64,000 bases of DNA from assembly GCF_009914755.1 (NCBI RefSeq), contig NC_060938.1; one strand, given 5' to 3'. Within the stretch, counting starts at the first letter, position 1, and each line of letters opens with the position of its first letter. The stretch is from the human T2T-CHM13v2.0 reference genome, Homo sapiens. The notes beneath the pieces are model-generated. The model did no database searches. It saw nothing but the letters and a program-made list of their open reading frames with translations, and had not been told where the DNA came from. Positions 41,521 to 64,000 of this stretch are shown in pieces. The translations under genes were made by a program, and so were the position numbers.

Positions 41521-42680
41521 TCTGATAGCAGCTACTAATTAAAAAATAAAAAATGTATGTTTTCCTAACTTTAATCATCACCAGATAAGGAATATTCTTG
41601 GTTCATTTATGTCTAAATTTTCAACATACTTTTTCCCTTTCAACCTATTAACTATCCTCAATTTTGAGTCAGCTGATTTTATGTGATTGTTTCCTTCCCT
41701 CCCACCCCCAGTACACTGCCTTTATGTGGCTGCATTTGTATTAGTCTCTGCTTAGAAAACCAAAAATGTATGACATGATTAAACCTTGTTTGTTCAATAT
41801 AAAATAAGAGTTAAATACTTTCCATAACTTTGCTCTCTTCTCAGGCCTTCAAAGTCTTGCTCAGTAAAGTACTGTTGATGCTGATAATCAGAGTATCCCA
41901 CCAAGAGCACATGATGCCTTGGACTGCAATACTGTCACAGCAGTGTCTTCAGTTCTTCTCTACTGTGTATAATGCAGAGCAAAATGGGGGTGGTGGTAGA
42001 AATTATGGTAGTAAATATATATTTTCTAGAAATATATCCATTTCGTGGAAAGATAATATTAAGACCATATCAAGCCAAATATACAAATGAGAAAGTTTCA
42101 TTTACCTCAAAAAAATCCAGGCTATACAAACAGACAACTGAAAGCCACATAGGAAATTTCCGAAACACAAAAGAAAAAGTCTCACCTACAAGATTATTTA
42201 CATGTTTAGGGCCAGTATTATTAAAAGACGTCATCCCCTAGGTCTAGTAGAAACATATAGAGAAGTCTATGCTAACACACTTGGAAAGAGGACTATTGTC
42301 CTTCCTTGCACATGACAAAAACCAAATGAACCAAACCCCTAGAAGGTATTAATGCACAAAGGTTTTAATACCTTGGCTTTAATGATTTTTCAAGGTTAAG
42401 AAACAAATTCAAATTGGTTGGAGCTTCAACTCAGTAATTACAATCACAATGCATCTCTGAAAGGCCCTGCATTTGGAGGCAGAGTAATCTGCAAAGATGA
42501 TAGTTTTTACATATGTCCTGTTACCTACACCAATATAATTACTACATTATCTTATAAAGACAAACAGTTGCTTCAAACTCTTTAAAAAATATATATATAA
42601 TGAGTTTCCCAAAGACTCGAGTCTATATTCAAAGATGAGTAAAAAAAAATCCATTACTTCCCTAGGGTCACTTTCTTCCT

Positions 42681-42881
42681 TTACTCCTGCTTAAATGCAA
42701 AAGCTGATAGTTTCTGATTTGTAGAAAAATCTAAAGGTTTCTGCTTTTTAGACAAATTCAGGTTCTCTTTTGCTTTTTCTTCCTGGTTTTCTGTTTCATC
42801 ACTTTCATCAACCACACGTTTTCGCTTCTTTGCTTCAGTTCCTTCACTTGCCGTTTCTCCTTTGGCTTTGTTAGCCCACAC
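42681..42881 (-). CDS. WDHD1: WDHD1/AND-1 last coding exon (VWANKAKGE...KLSAFAFKQE*)
   Basis: Acceptor ttacaaAG|GTG, TAA at 42683-42681; matches the known C-terminus. Confidence 0.96.
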   Translation of the reverse strand: MWANKAKGETASEGTEAKKRKRVVDESDETENQEEKAKENLNLSKKQKPLDFSTNQKLSAFAFKQE

Positions 42882-43159
42882 CTTTGTAAAATGGCAGGAG
42901 TGAAAAGGAAAGATTTTTAGAAAATAACAAATAAGAAGTAAATGATTTATTTACTTTTCCAGGTAATATTTTTATATATAAAGCAGAATAATTAGCACTT
43001 GAATTAAGTGTTCTCATTGTTAACAAATCTTTTATTACTTAAATGCAGAGCACATTAAAGATTTACACTACTTTTATATCTCAATCTAAGCTTTGCTTAT
43101 ATTAATCATATTAGTTGCAAAATACTATAATTGCAGTACTATTTAAAAATGAAACTTTT

Positions 43160-43442
43160 GGCCAGGCACGGTGGCTCATGTCTGTAATCCCAGCACTTTG
43201 GGAGGCCGAGGTGGGTGGATCACGGGGTCAGGAGACTGAGACCATCCTGGCTAACACAGTGAAACCCCGTCTCTACTAAAAATACAAAAAAATTAGCCGG
43301 GCATGGTAGCGGGCGCCTGTAGTCCCAGCTACTTGGGAGGCTGAGGCAGGAGACTAGAGTGAACCCGGGAGGTGGAGCCTGCAGTGAGCTGAGATCACGC
43401 CACTGCACTCCAGCCTGGGCGAGAGCAAGACTCCGTCTCAAA

Positions 43443-43473
<31 letters not shown>

Positions 43474-43475
43474 AA
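43160..43475 (+). mobile_element. AluY in the last WDHD1 intron
   Basis: gagaccatcctggctaacac diagnostic; target-site duplication AAAAATGAAACTTTT. Confidence 0.88.
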
Positions 43476-45522
43476 AAATGAAACTTTTTATTCTAAGATA
43501 ATTGCAGTTTCACATGCAGTTGTATGAAATAATACAGAAAGATCCTGTGTAGCCTTCACCCAGTTTTCCCCAGTGGTAACATTTTGCAAAACTATAGCCC
43601 AACAATCACAACTATAGGGAACTGACATTGAAACAATCCCATTTTACTTCTACTCATTTGAGCGTATGTATGTATTTACTTTTATTGTGGGTTGGTTTGT
43701 TTACCACCACAGTCAAAATACAGAACCTCTTCCCCAAGCCCCAACTCCGACTCCAACCCCTGGCAACCACTACTCTATTCTCCATCTTGATCATGTTGTC
43801 ATTTCAGGAATGTTATATAAATGAGTATATATTCTTTGGGGTTTGGTTTTTATTCACTCAGCAAGAGCCAGACAAGGTCCATTCATTTCATCTGTCTCTA
43901 AAATCTCTTTTAATCTATAATAGTTCCCCACTCCTACTTTATTTCCCTGGCCATTTCAAGGGCTCTTCAAGCTGTAGAATTTCTCACATTAACAAACTGG
44001 ATTTAAGTAAATGTTTAGGGTTTACCTTAAAAATACTGATTACATTTTTAAGTATTCAAAAACACAATCACAGACTTTGCCAAGTCTCTTCCTCTTTTGC
44101 AGTGTAAAGTCTTATTTATTTAGACGCCATTTTATTGAACAACAAATGAGAAACATAAAATTGTAAATGAGGTTCTAAATGACGCTAAAGGTGTTTAAAC
44201 CAGTTTCTGGCTTCCTCATTATGCAACACCTTTTTCATAAAACCCAATTTACCAAAGCAAGTATCTACGTTACTAGGTGCCTGTGCTGCGCCCTGCCATT
44301 CCTGGGGAAGTGAAACCTGAGGATTTAACTGGTACACCACACACATTCCTTCCACTTCTAACTGAGAGATTGTGCCTTCCTTCCTTCACATGGCAGAAGT
44401 TTATCAGAAGCAAGCCAGCCACCTGTCCTAATTTCCATGTGAAAGGCTGGAACAGAACACCAGTCTTTTTCCCAAAAGGAATAGTCTCATGTAGTATTTA
44501 ATGTGTAAGTAGATACAATTTTTAAAAATTCTGCTTGCAAGAACCCTAAAGTAGTATTCAAAAAATGTGAATTCATTTTTACTTATTAATTTTTTTCCCC
44601 CTAGAGACCCGGTCTCACTCTGTCACCCATGCTGGAGTACAGTGACACAATCACGGCTCACTGCAGCCTTGACCTCCTGGGCTCAAGTAAGTGATCTTCC
44701 CACCTCAACCTCCTGAGTAACTGGGACTACAGGTGTGTGCCACCATGCCAGGCTAATTTTTAAATTTTTGTAGAGATGGTGTATCACTATGTTGTCTAGG
44801 CTGGTCTCAAACTCCTGGGCTCAAGAGATCCTCCTGCCTTGGCCTCCCAAAGTGCTAGGATTACAGGCTTGAGCCAACGAACTCAGCTTGACACTTTTGA
44901 TTTTTAACAAATGCATCTTTTCTTGGGGTATTCTCCTAACTTAAAACATACAGGAACTTATAGAGATTAAAACAGTAAACCGTCAAAAAATTAACCATCC
45001 AGCCTGGGCAACACAGTGAGAGGTTGTCTCTATAAAAAAAAAAAAGAGGACAATTGCTTGTGCCCAGGAGGTCGAGGTGGCAGTGAGCCATGATCACACC
45101 ACGACACTCCTGCCTGGGTGAAAGAACAAGACCTGCCTCAAACAAAAACAAAACAAAAAACCCATCACCATTACATAATAATTACTACATATCCATATTA
45201 CCATATATCCGCACTTACTTTCCTCTTTAAAAAGTTTGGTGGATGTATTCAATTTCCAAAAACAGAAAAAGGCTTTTCCTTTTTTTTTTAGTTGTCATGA
45301 TCGTTATTATCTTTGTTGTTGTTATTATTATTATTAGAGACGATGTCTCACTATGTTGCCCAGGCTGGTCACGAACTCCTGAGCTCAAGTGATCCGCCTC
45401 GACCTCCCAATGTGCTAGGATTACAGGCATAAGACACCATACCCAGCCAAAAGGCATTTCTATAAGAATTTTTTAAATCTGGGAATTCACTAAGATCTCA
45501 ATCTCGGCACAATTATCCTTAC

Positions 45523-45661
45523 CTTTCTTTCTTCAGTTGACAATACTCTAAATCGAATCATTCCTTCTTTTATTATGTCTGCTTCATCTGAAAAGTCAGG
45601 ATTGTCAGACAAAATATTACTTCTATTTTCTTCTAACCACATCTGGAACCCGGTCTTTGGC
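45523..45661 (-). CDS. WDHD1: WDHD1 penultimate exon, HMG box (R PKTGFQMWLEENRSNILSDNPDFSDEADIIKEGMIRFRVLSTEERK)
   Basis: ttttAG|G acceptor, AAG|GTAAGG donor, 139 bp, HMG-box motif; phases are consistent with the neighbouring exons. Confidence 0.96.
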
Positions 45662-45754
45662 CTAAAATCACAATTATGTGAAAACATTTTATACTTAAGA
45701 CAGAGTTTAAAGTGCCTCATGATTTTAAGTTAGTAATCAACCATAAGTCTCTGA

Positions 45755-46270
<516 letters not shown>

Positions 46271-46750
46271 TAGCCCTTGTGGCCTACCACATGTCCTTGG
46301 TAGGCTCTTTTTCTATTTCCCCAAACCAGCTATTTGAATTCCTCACGACTTTTCTCAAGCCCCTTTGCCATCGCCTCACCCTTGCTCTCAGAGCTGACCT
46401 GCATCAGCATTAGGTGAAGCACGGACACAGCACATTTGTACATTTCATTAGATTCCACTCACAATACAAATTGTCTTTAAGTCACACAAGTGAAGGTTTA
46501 ATGCAAATATTTAACATTTACTGATCACTTACTATCTACCAGGCACTACTCTAAAAGCTTTATGTATAGTACCTCATTTAAATGACAATAACACTATGAG
46601 ATGGATACAGTTATTATCTCCATTCCATAAGTGAGAAAAGGGAGGCTCAGAGATGTGAAATAACCTATCCCAGGTTACACAAACAGTAAAACTCAGACCT
46701 GGGATCCAACAACCAGGCAATTTGACTCCAAAGTCTATGTTTTTTTGTAG

Positions 46751-46966
<216 letters not shown>

Positions 46967-47918
46967 TGATCCACTCGCCTCGGCCTCCCAAAGTGCTGGG
47001 ATTACAGGCGTGAGCCACTGTGCCTGGCCCAGAGTCTCTTATGTTTAACCCAGCAGCTATACGCCCCTCACTAGGCTGAACCTAAATGAATCCTAAATAA
47101 AAAGTCTAAACTTTTTAAGGTTAAAAAAATTTTTATTAAAAAATTACTAGTATGACCATAACCATTTGCCCAATTTCTGAAAATATGCAAATTTTAAGTA
47201 ATCTTAACGTAAACCGATTTCCAGAAAAATAACAGAACAAATCAAAACAAGTAAAAATCAAGGTATAACAAAGGTTCCTGAATTTCCAAAAATTAATGAA
47301 GACCCATTTTAATGAAACTTGGGGCAATGTCACAAGTCTACTTAGTGGCCTGCAATCATCTACTTCTAAACAGCTATTTTTAAAAAGAAAACCAAAATTG
47401 AACATTTCTTTCTTTGTTTTTTAAAGAGACGTGAGTCTCACTATGTTGCCTAGGCTGGCCTCAAACTTCTGGGCTTAAGCAACCCTTCTGACTCAACCTT
47501 CTGAGTGGCTAGGACTACAAGAGTGCACAGCCACCTGGCTAAAACTGGACATTTCTGATTAAGTATATCAACATCTGTGACAAAATATTAGTTTCAATAG
47601 TGGTAATTCCTTAAAATTTCAAAAGTAAGTTTTTTGTATAACCAACTGATAGTATGAAAAATTAAATTATCAATCTTCTTTGTTGTTGTTTTAAGAGAAA
47701 GGGTCTTGCTTTGTCGCCCAGGCTGGAGTGCAGTGGTATAATCAGCTCACTGCCACCTCAAATTCCTGGGCTCAAGCAATCCTCCTGCCTCAGACTCTCA
47801 AGCAGTTGGGACTACAGGCATGTGCCACCACACACACCTGGCTGATTTTAAAACTTTTGGTAGAGATGGGGTCTCCCTACATTGCCCAGGCTGGTTCCAA
47901 TCTCCTGGGCTGAAGCTA

Positions 47919-48442
<524 letters not shown>

Positions 48443-48693
48443 TCACTTGAACCCAGAGGCAGAGGTTGCAGTGAGCCGAGATTGTGCCATTGCATTGCAG
48501 TCTGGGCAACAAGAGCAAAAAGAAAAAAGTGTTAAGCGGAAAAAAAACCATGAGCCACTATGCCCGGCCTATCAATTTTCTTAAATAAAATTTTCACTGT
48601 TTAAGACCTAAATTAAATTCAGAACAAAACAGGAAATGTGAAAACCACAGCCACTCCCTCAAACTGGTTAACATAAAGTCATTAAGAAAATAA

Positions 48694-49089
<396 letters not shown>

Positions 49090-49117
49090 TGACTTTTCAA
49101 ATTTAACGGATATATTA

Positions 49118-49291
<174 letters not shown>

Positions 49292-50235
49292 TCAGCCTAC
49301 AGCTCCCAGCATGAGCGATGCAGAAGACGGGTGATTTCTGCACTTCCAACTGAGGTACCAGGTTCATCTCACTAGGGCTTGTCGGACAGTGGGCGCAGAA
49401 CAGGGGGTGTGGCACACCGAGTGTGAGCTGAAGCAGGGCAAGGCATCACCTCACCCGGGAAGCGCAAGGGGTCAGAAAATTCCCTTTCCTAGCCAAGCAA
49501 AGCTGTGACACACAGCACCTGGAAAATTGGGTCACCCCCACCCTAATACTGTGCTTTTCCAATGGTCTTAGCAAACGGCACACCAGGAGATTATATCCCA
49601 CTCCTGGCTCAGAGGGTCCCATGCCCATGGAGCCTCACTCATTGCTAGCACAGCAGTCTGAGATTGAACTACAAGGCGGCAGCCTCAGCCAGGAAACTCG
49701 AACTGGGTGGAGCCCACTGAAGCTCAAGGAGTCCTGCCTGCCTCTGTGGACTCCACCTCTGGGGGCAGGGCATAGCCGAACAAAGGCAGCAGAAACCTCT
49801 ACAGATTTAAATGTCCCTGTCTGACAGCTTTGAAGAGAGTAGTGGTTCTCCCAGCACAGAGTTTGAGATCTGAGAATGGACAGACTGCCTCCTCAGTGAC
49901 AGGTGGGTCCATGATCCACAAGTAGCCTAACTGGGAGGCACCCCCCAGTAGGGGCAGACTGACACCTCACACGGCCGGGTACCCCTCTGAGACGAGGCTT
50001 CCAGAGGAATGACCAGGCAGCAACATTTGCTGTTCACCAATATTTGCTGTTCTGCAGCCTCCGCTGCTGATACCCAGGCAGAGTCTGGAGTGGGCCTCCA
50101 GCAAACTCCAACAGACCTGCAGCTGAGGGTCCTGACTGTTAGAAGGAAAACTAACAAACAAAAAGGACATCCATACCAAAACCCCATGTGTACGTCACCA
50201 TCATCAAAGACCAAAGATAGATGAAACCATAAAGA

Positions 50236-51243
50236 TTGGGGAAAAAACAGAGCAAAAAAGCTGAAAATTCTAAAAATCAGAGCACCTCTCCCCCCCCAAA
50301 GGAACGCAGCTCCTCACCAGCAACGGAACAAAGCTGGACGGAGAATGACTTTGACGAGTTGAGAGAAGAAGGCTTCAGACGATCAAACCTCTCCGAGCTA
50401 AAGGAGGAAGTTCGAACGCATCGCAAAGGAGCTAAAAACCTTGAAAAAAGATTAGACGAATGGCTAACTAGAATAACCAGTGTAGAGAACTCCTCAAATG
50501 ACCTGATGGAGCTGAAAACCATGGCACGAGAACTACGTGACGAATGCACAAGCCTCAGTAGCCAATTCAATCAACTGGAAGAAAGGGTATCAGTGATCAA
50601 AGATCAAATGAATGAAATGAAGCGAGAAGAAAAGTTTAGAGAAAAAAGAGTAAAAAGAAACAAACAAAGCCTCCAAGAAATATGGGACTATGTGAAAAGA
50701 CCAAATCTACGTTTGTTTGGTGTACCTGAAAGTGACAGGGAGAATGGAACCAAGTTGGAAAACACTCTGCAGGATACTATCCAGGAGAACTTCCCCAACC
50801 TAGCAAGGCAGGCCAACATTCAAATTCAGGAAATACAGAGAATGCCACAAAGATACTCCTCGAGAAGAGCAACTCCAAGACACATAATTGTCAGATTCAC
50901 CAAAGTTGAAATGAAAGAAAAAATGTTCAGAGAGAAAGGTTAGGTTACCCACAAAGGGAAGCCCATCAGACTAACAGCTGATCTCTCGGCAGAAACTCTA
51001 TGAGCCAGAAGAGAGTGGGGGCCAATATTCAACATTCTTAAAGAAAAGAATTTTCAACTCAGAATTTCATATCCAGCCAAACTAAGCTTCATAAGTGAAG
51101 GAGAAATAAAATCCTTTACAGACAAGCAAATGCTGAGAGATTTTGTCACCACCACGCCTGCCCTACAAGAGCTCCTGAAAGAAGCACTAAACATGGAAAG
51201 GAACAACCGGTACCAGCCACTGAAAAAACATGCCAAATTGTAA
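50236..51243 (+). pseudogene. L1 ORF1 remnant (start mutated to TTG, premature stop at 50941-50943)
   Basis: Translation GKKQSKKAENSKNQS...; premature TAG. Confidence 0.9.
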
Positions 51244-51306
51244 AGACCATCAAGGCTAGGAAGAAACTGCATCAATTAATGAGCAAAGTAACCAGCTAAC
51301 ATCATA

Positions 51307-55108
<3,802 letters not shown>

Positions 55109-55305
55109 ACAATGAGAACGCTTGGACACAGGAAGGGGAACATCACACACTTGGGCCTGTTGTGGGGTGGGGGAAGTAGGGAGGGATAGCATTAGGAGAT
55201 ATACCTAATGTAAATGATGAGCACAGCACACCAACATGGCACATGTGTACATATGTAACAAACCTGAATGTTGTGCACATGTACCCTAGAGCTTAAAAGT
55301 ATTTA

Positions 55306-55614
<309 letters not shown>

Positions 55615-55939
55615 TCAATGCAGAACAATCTGGCATTGGAATTATAAGTGCAGATTAACTTGAACCATACATGAATCCATCTTATAGCTATATATGCATC
55701 TGTGAGAAATGCTATTCATATAAAATTATTCATTGCAGTACTGTCTGTACTAGCAAAAGACCGGTAACCATCTTTTGTCCACAAGTAGAGAACTACATGA
55801 ACTATGACATGTCTATTCAATGGATACACAAAGATTAAAGCTCTTATTTTTCTATCTATCCATCCATTTATGTATTTACTTTTTCTGATAGCCTTGCTAT
55901 AGTATAAAGAAGTTCTTTTTGTTTTTTTGGTTTTTTTGA

Positions 55940-56098
<159 letters not shown>

Positions 56099-56751
56099 TA
56101 ATAGAGACAGGGTTTCTCCATGTTGGTCAGGCTGGTCTCGAACTCCCATCCTCAGATGATCCGCCTGCTTCGGCTTCCCAAAGTGCTGAGATTATAGGCG
56201 TGAGCCACCATGCCCAGCCAGTATAAAGAAGTTCTTTATGTAGTAATATAAAATAAGCTACAAAAGCTATTGTTAAGTTAAAAAAGTAAGGTACAGAATA
56301 ATGTGTAAAACAAAAAATAGACAAATATGTATTTGCACATAAATAGAATAATTTTGGAAAGTTCCACAAGAAACTTGTTGCAGTGATTGTTTTTGGAGAC
56401 AGAAATTAGTTGGATGAAACTACTTATTATCACTCTTCTTTTTGTATCTTTTGCTATTTCTCCCCATTAAACTATTTAAAAACAAACAAAAAATTAATTA
56501 CAAAATATAATGTCCCAATAAAATATATCCACAATTTAAAAATATACAATTTATTAAAGCATATTTTAATAAATATTATAAATAGACATTAATATTTGTG
56601 GCTTCCTTATAGTCACAAGTGTCCAGAATGCCCACTACCAATGCCAATGTATTATTTGTATTAAGGAATAACAGCATTGCATAATTTTGTATTGCTGCTA
56701 CTGTATACTTTTTACTTGGTCACTGCATGCTAAATTTCTCTATGTACTGAC

Positions 56752-56885
56752 CTTTGGTTTTCAGTGTTTTGAGGAGGACATATAGCTGGGGTTTCAGATA
56801 ATACATTTTTAAGATTTTCTTCTTTCACTTCCTCAGTTTTATTAGTTTGAGAATTTCTTTTCTGGAAATAGGATGCTGCAGATGC
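56752..56885 (-). CDS. WDHD1: WDHD1 exon (ASAASYFQKRNSQ...PPQNTENQ R)
   Basis: tttatAG|GCA acceptor, AG|GTCAGT donor, 134 bp, ends in phase 2. Confidence 0.93.
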
Positions 56886-57029
56886 CTATAAAAACAAACA
56901 TGAATACTGCAATAACATCTAGTATAATTTTATATGTTTTATAAGCACGTTCTGAAAAATGTGAAGAAACATCTATAATTATTGAGAATTCTTATACTAA
57001 CATGTGAAATCTGGAGTTCTCAGTTGTAA

Positions 57030-57269
<240 letters not shown>

Positions 57270-58224
57270 TAAATGAATACAATTATATTAAATAGAAAAG
57301 ATAAGCAATAGATCTATTTTACCAATGACTAATCCGGGATCAAATACTTATCAGAGTGGAAAAATCAGGACTCAGAACAAGGAAAAATTAGGGCCATGTA
57401 CAATATCAGCCACTATTAAATACGAATATACATCAGAACTATCTGGGTGATTTTAATAAAAATACAGATAAATGTCTGAGCTTCTGGGGTCTGAGTATAT
57501 ATATTTTTAAAAAGTGATCTGTAAAAACAAGGAGAGGGGCAGGATAGGCTGGGTGCGGTGGCTCATGCCTGTAATACCAGCACTTTGGGAGGCTGAGGTG
57601 GGTGGATCACTTGAGGCCAGGAGTTTGAGACCAGCCTGGCCATCATGCTGAAACCCCATCTCTACTAAAAATACCAAAATTAGCTGGGCGTGATGTCAGG
57701 CCTCTGTAATCCCAACTCCTCGGGAGGCTGAGGCATGAGAATTGCTTGAACCCAGGAGACAGAGGCTGCAGTGAGCTGAGATCCTGACACTGCACTCCAT
57801 CCAGCCTGGGTGACAGAGTGAGCCTCTGTCTCAAAAAAGACAGGGGGAGCAGGATAGTGATCTTGGAAGTCAGAATCTGCTACAAAGTGTGTAACAACTC
57901 ACGAGGCAGAATAGGGAGTGATTCTGAAACAAAAAACACAACTGTTTTGGGGTTTGTTTTTTTCAGATGGGGTATCTCTTATGTTTCCCAGACTGGACTC
58001 AAACTCCTGGGCTCAAGTGATCCTCCCACCTCAGCCTCCTGAGTATCTGGGACTACAGGTATGTGCCACTGTGCCTAGCTGCAAAAACAGAATTGAACCC
58101 ACTTCCCTAGCAAGACAATTGTAAACAATCAGAACCTCCTATCCTATATCTGAAACAGTGAACAAAACTGAAGACAAACAGATCCCATGCTGCTTACTGC
58201 AGATGAGGGTAGCTGAAACAGTAC

Positions 58225-58395
58225 CTGCTTAGGCTTCGGCTTTGGAATCAGAGGCTTTATAATGGGAGACTTTTCATTATTTGTAGTTCGACTAAGTGCA
58301 GTGGATTTCTTGGATGATTTGCCCATATTGTCTAAAATATTAGTTGAACGTGCTGAATTCATTGACATGGCTGGTTCTTTGGAACTGGCTGATAC
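58225..58395 (-). CDS. WDHD1: WDHD1 exon (VSASSKEPAMSMNSARS...IPKPKPKQ)
   Basis: ctttAG|GTA acceptor, CAG|GTAC donor, 171 bp. Confidence 0.93.
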
Positions 58396-58782
58396 CTAAA
58401 GAGCAAACTAGTGTTAGCACTGTATGTTTAAAGAAGAAAAATAAAATCCCAAGAGACTTATTTTTTCTTGAAATTTCTGTTAAGTTTGTATTGCCATCTC
58501 ATCTTTAGAACTAAATACATTTGGTACAATCCAAATTAAGAATGATACGTATATTCCCAAATACCACATCCCCAAGAAAGACAGAGGTATCTTTCAAAAC
58601 CATAGGTACTTAGAAGGTAAGTAGAAAAGACAACTCTCAGCCCAAGTGCTGCTTTCTTCTGTTTCCACACAGATCAGTCTTTCATGCCTCCAAGTCTGGG
58701 GAGAGTCATCTCATCATTTGGAAATATTTCTTTGTATACAAATGTATTTAAATAATATAAAACATCACTTGGAAGAGTTTAC

Positions 58783-58826
58783 CTTAAAGGGATTTACTCG
58801 TCCTTGGCTGCTAAAGGTAACTGCAC
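58783..58826 (-). CDS. WDHD1: WDHD1 small exon (G AVTFSSQGRVNPFK)
   Basis: gaaAG|GT acceptor, AAG|GTAAAC donor, 44 bp; phases fit. Confidence 0.9.
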
Positions 58827-59317
58827 CTTTCACAAAAAAGAAACCCTTGCTTAATAATGGTAGAAAATAGATGACTTCTGACATCTATAATACTAGACAG
58901 AGTATTTTAATCCCCATTAAATGAAAACAAATGTATTTTGCAACTTTTCAAAACTATTAACAACAGATATCCTCTTTCCTACTTCTAAGCCAAAATAAAA
59001 GCTATTAAATGTGAACCACCCCAACGTGCCACTATGAAACATATTCAGTATGTACAGATCTTTTATCTTCTGTTACTGCGGAAGAGTGGCAGCTCGTCTG
59101 AGCTAAGGTTAGTAATCCCTTTACTTGTGTTCTGCATCCCATGCCCTCCTGCTTTGTCAGAAAACCTGACCTATCAAGTTTCTTGACATCCTACATCTTT
59201 GACTTTTCCCTATTTATTGGCCCCTAAAGTCTCCCAACTTAAAAAGAAACAAAAAACAAACCTTCTCTACCCCACATTCCTTCCAGTCACCATTTTCTCT
59301 CGCCTCCTCCATCCAGC

Positions 59318-63337
<4,020 letters not shown>

Positions 63338-63688
63338 TAACTGTTTCTCCAGTATCCTGCATGCTTCCTCAGTGATACCCAGATCTGTCTTCAACATCTG
63401 TCTTCTCAGCTGGGCTAAAATAGCATTAAAACAGAGATCAACCACACATGTCTGTTTGACTTCTGTATCCACCATTAAGTAAAATGCCTGACACTCAATA
63501 GGCATTTTATAAACATCTGTTAAATGACCATAGCTTCACAAACAACATCTGAGATTAAAAAAACAAAAACATAAACACACACACACCAAAAGTGGCCTTA
63601 AGAGTTAAGGTGTATTTGCGTAGATGTGTCACTTTGCAGATGACTTGCAAAATTTCCTTGATATTACAAATTTATAAATATTTCTCAC

Positions 63689-63742
63689 CTGACTTAGCTG
63701 AAACATCAGAGGAATTTGTACTTTTGGAAAACGAGTTCTGTC
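63689..63742 (-). CDS. WDHD1: WDHD1 small exon (G QNSFSKSTNSSDVSAKS G)
   Basis: ctgtAG|GA acceptor, G|GTGAGA donor, 54 bp. Confidence 0.9.
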
Positions 63743-63928
63743 CTACAGATTAAAATAAAGCAATATAATGTAAATGGGGAAAATATAGTCATCCTCAATA
63801 TACAACAACCAGATAGCAAAGAGGTCTGAAAAAAAGTATGAGTATTCAATTTCCCTCAGTTAAGCAAAATGGGAAAAGCCACATCCATGATAGTTCTCAT
63901 GATTTATGGGCTTGAAAATGTATCTCAC

Positions 63929-64000
63929 CAGGCTTATGTATTTCTGGTTTTTCTTCATCATCAGCTTCTCCACTGTCCTCAGCATCTTCTTCAACTTGAT
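63929..64000 (-). CDS. WDHD1: WDHD1 exon, 3' part, truncated by the window edge (QVEEDAEDSGEADDEEKPEIHKP G)
   Basis: Open acidic reading frame ending at a G|GTGAGA donor. Confidence 0.9.

Larger units (their letters stand above)
40140..42680 (-). other. WDHD1: WDHD1 3' UTR; candidate distal AATAAA at 40161-40156, other hexamers at 40736-40731 and ATTAAA at ~42369-42364
   Basis: Lies downstream of the stop codon; poly(A) hexamers read on the minus strand. The exact 3' end is inferred. Confidence 0.7.

Overview
Human (or great-ape) genomic DNA matching the GCH1-WDHD1 locus (14q22). Both genes lie on the minus strand. The left end holds GCH1 exon 1 (343 coding bp), its CpG-island promoter (TATA-like, CCAAT, GC box, variant CRE) and the start of intron 1. 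The right end holds the last seven coding exons of WDHD1/AND-1 (including the HMG box) and a ~2.5-kb 3' UTR. Between them is a ~36-kb Alu-rich intergenic region with LTR, L1M and DNA-transposon remnants. A full-length, inactive L1PA4/5-like element sits inside an Alu in the WDHD1 intron upstream of the HMG-box exon, antisense to the gene. There are three unusual observations. (1) A ~238-bp, ~96% identical inverted copy of the WDHD1 HMG-exon splice acceptor region lies just downstream of the gene. (2) The L1's ORF0 remnant has gained new ATGs, and its splice donors are in frame with the WDHD1 HMG-box exons, predicting a possible 149-aa ORF0-HMG fusion. (3) A second ~102-bp inverted duplication has a palindromic junction. 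Most ORFs in the supplied track are Alu, L1 or microsatellite artefacts. WDHD1 exon numbers and repeat subfamily names are from recall, not from a search.
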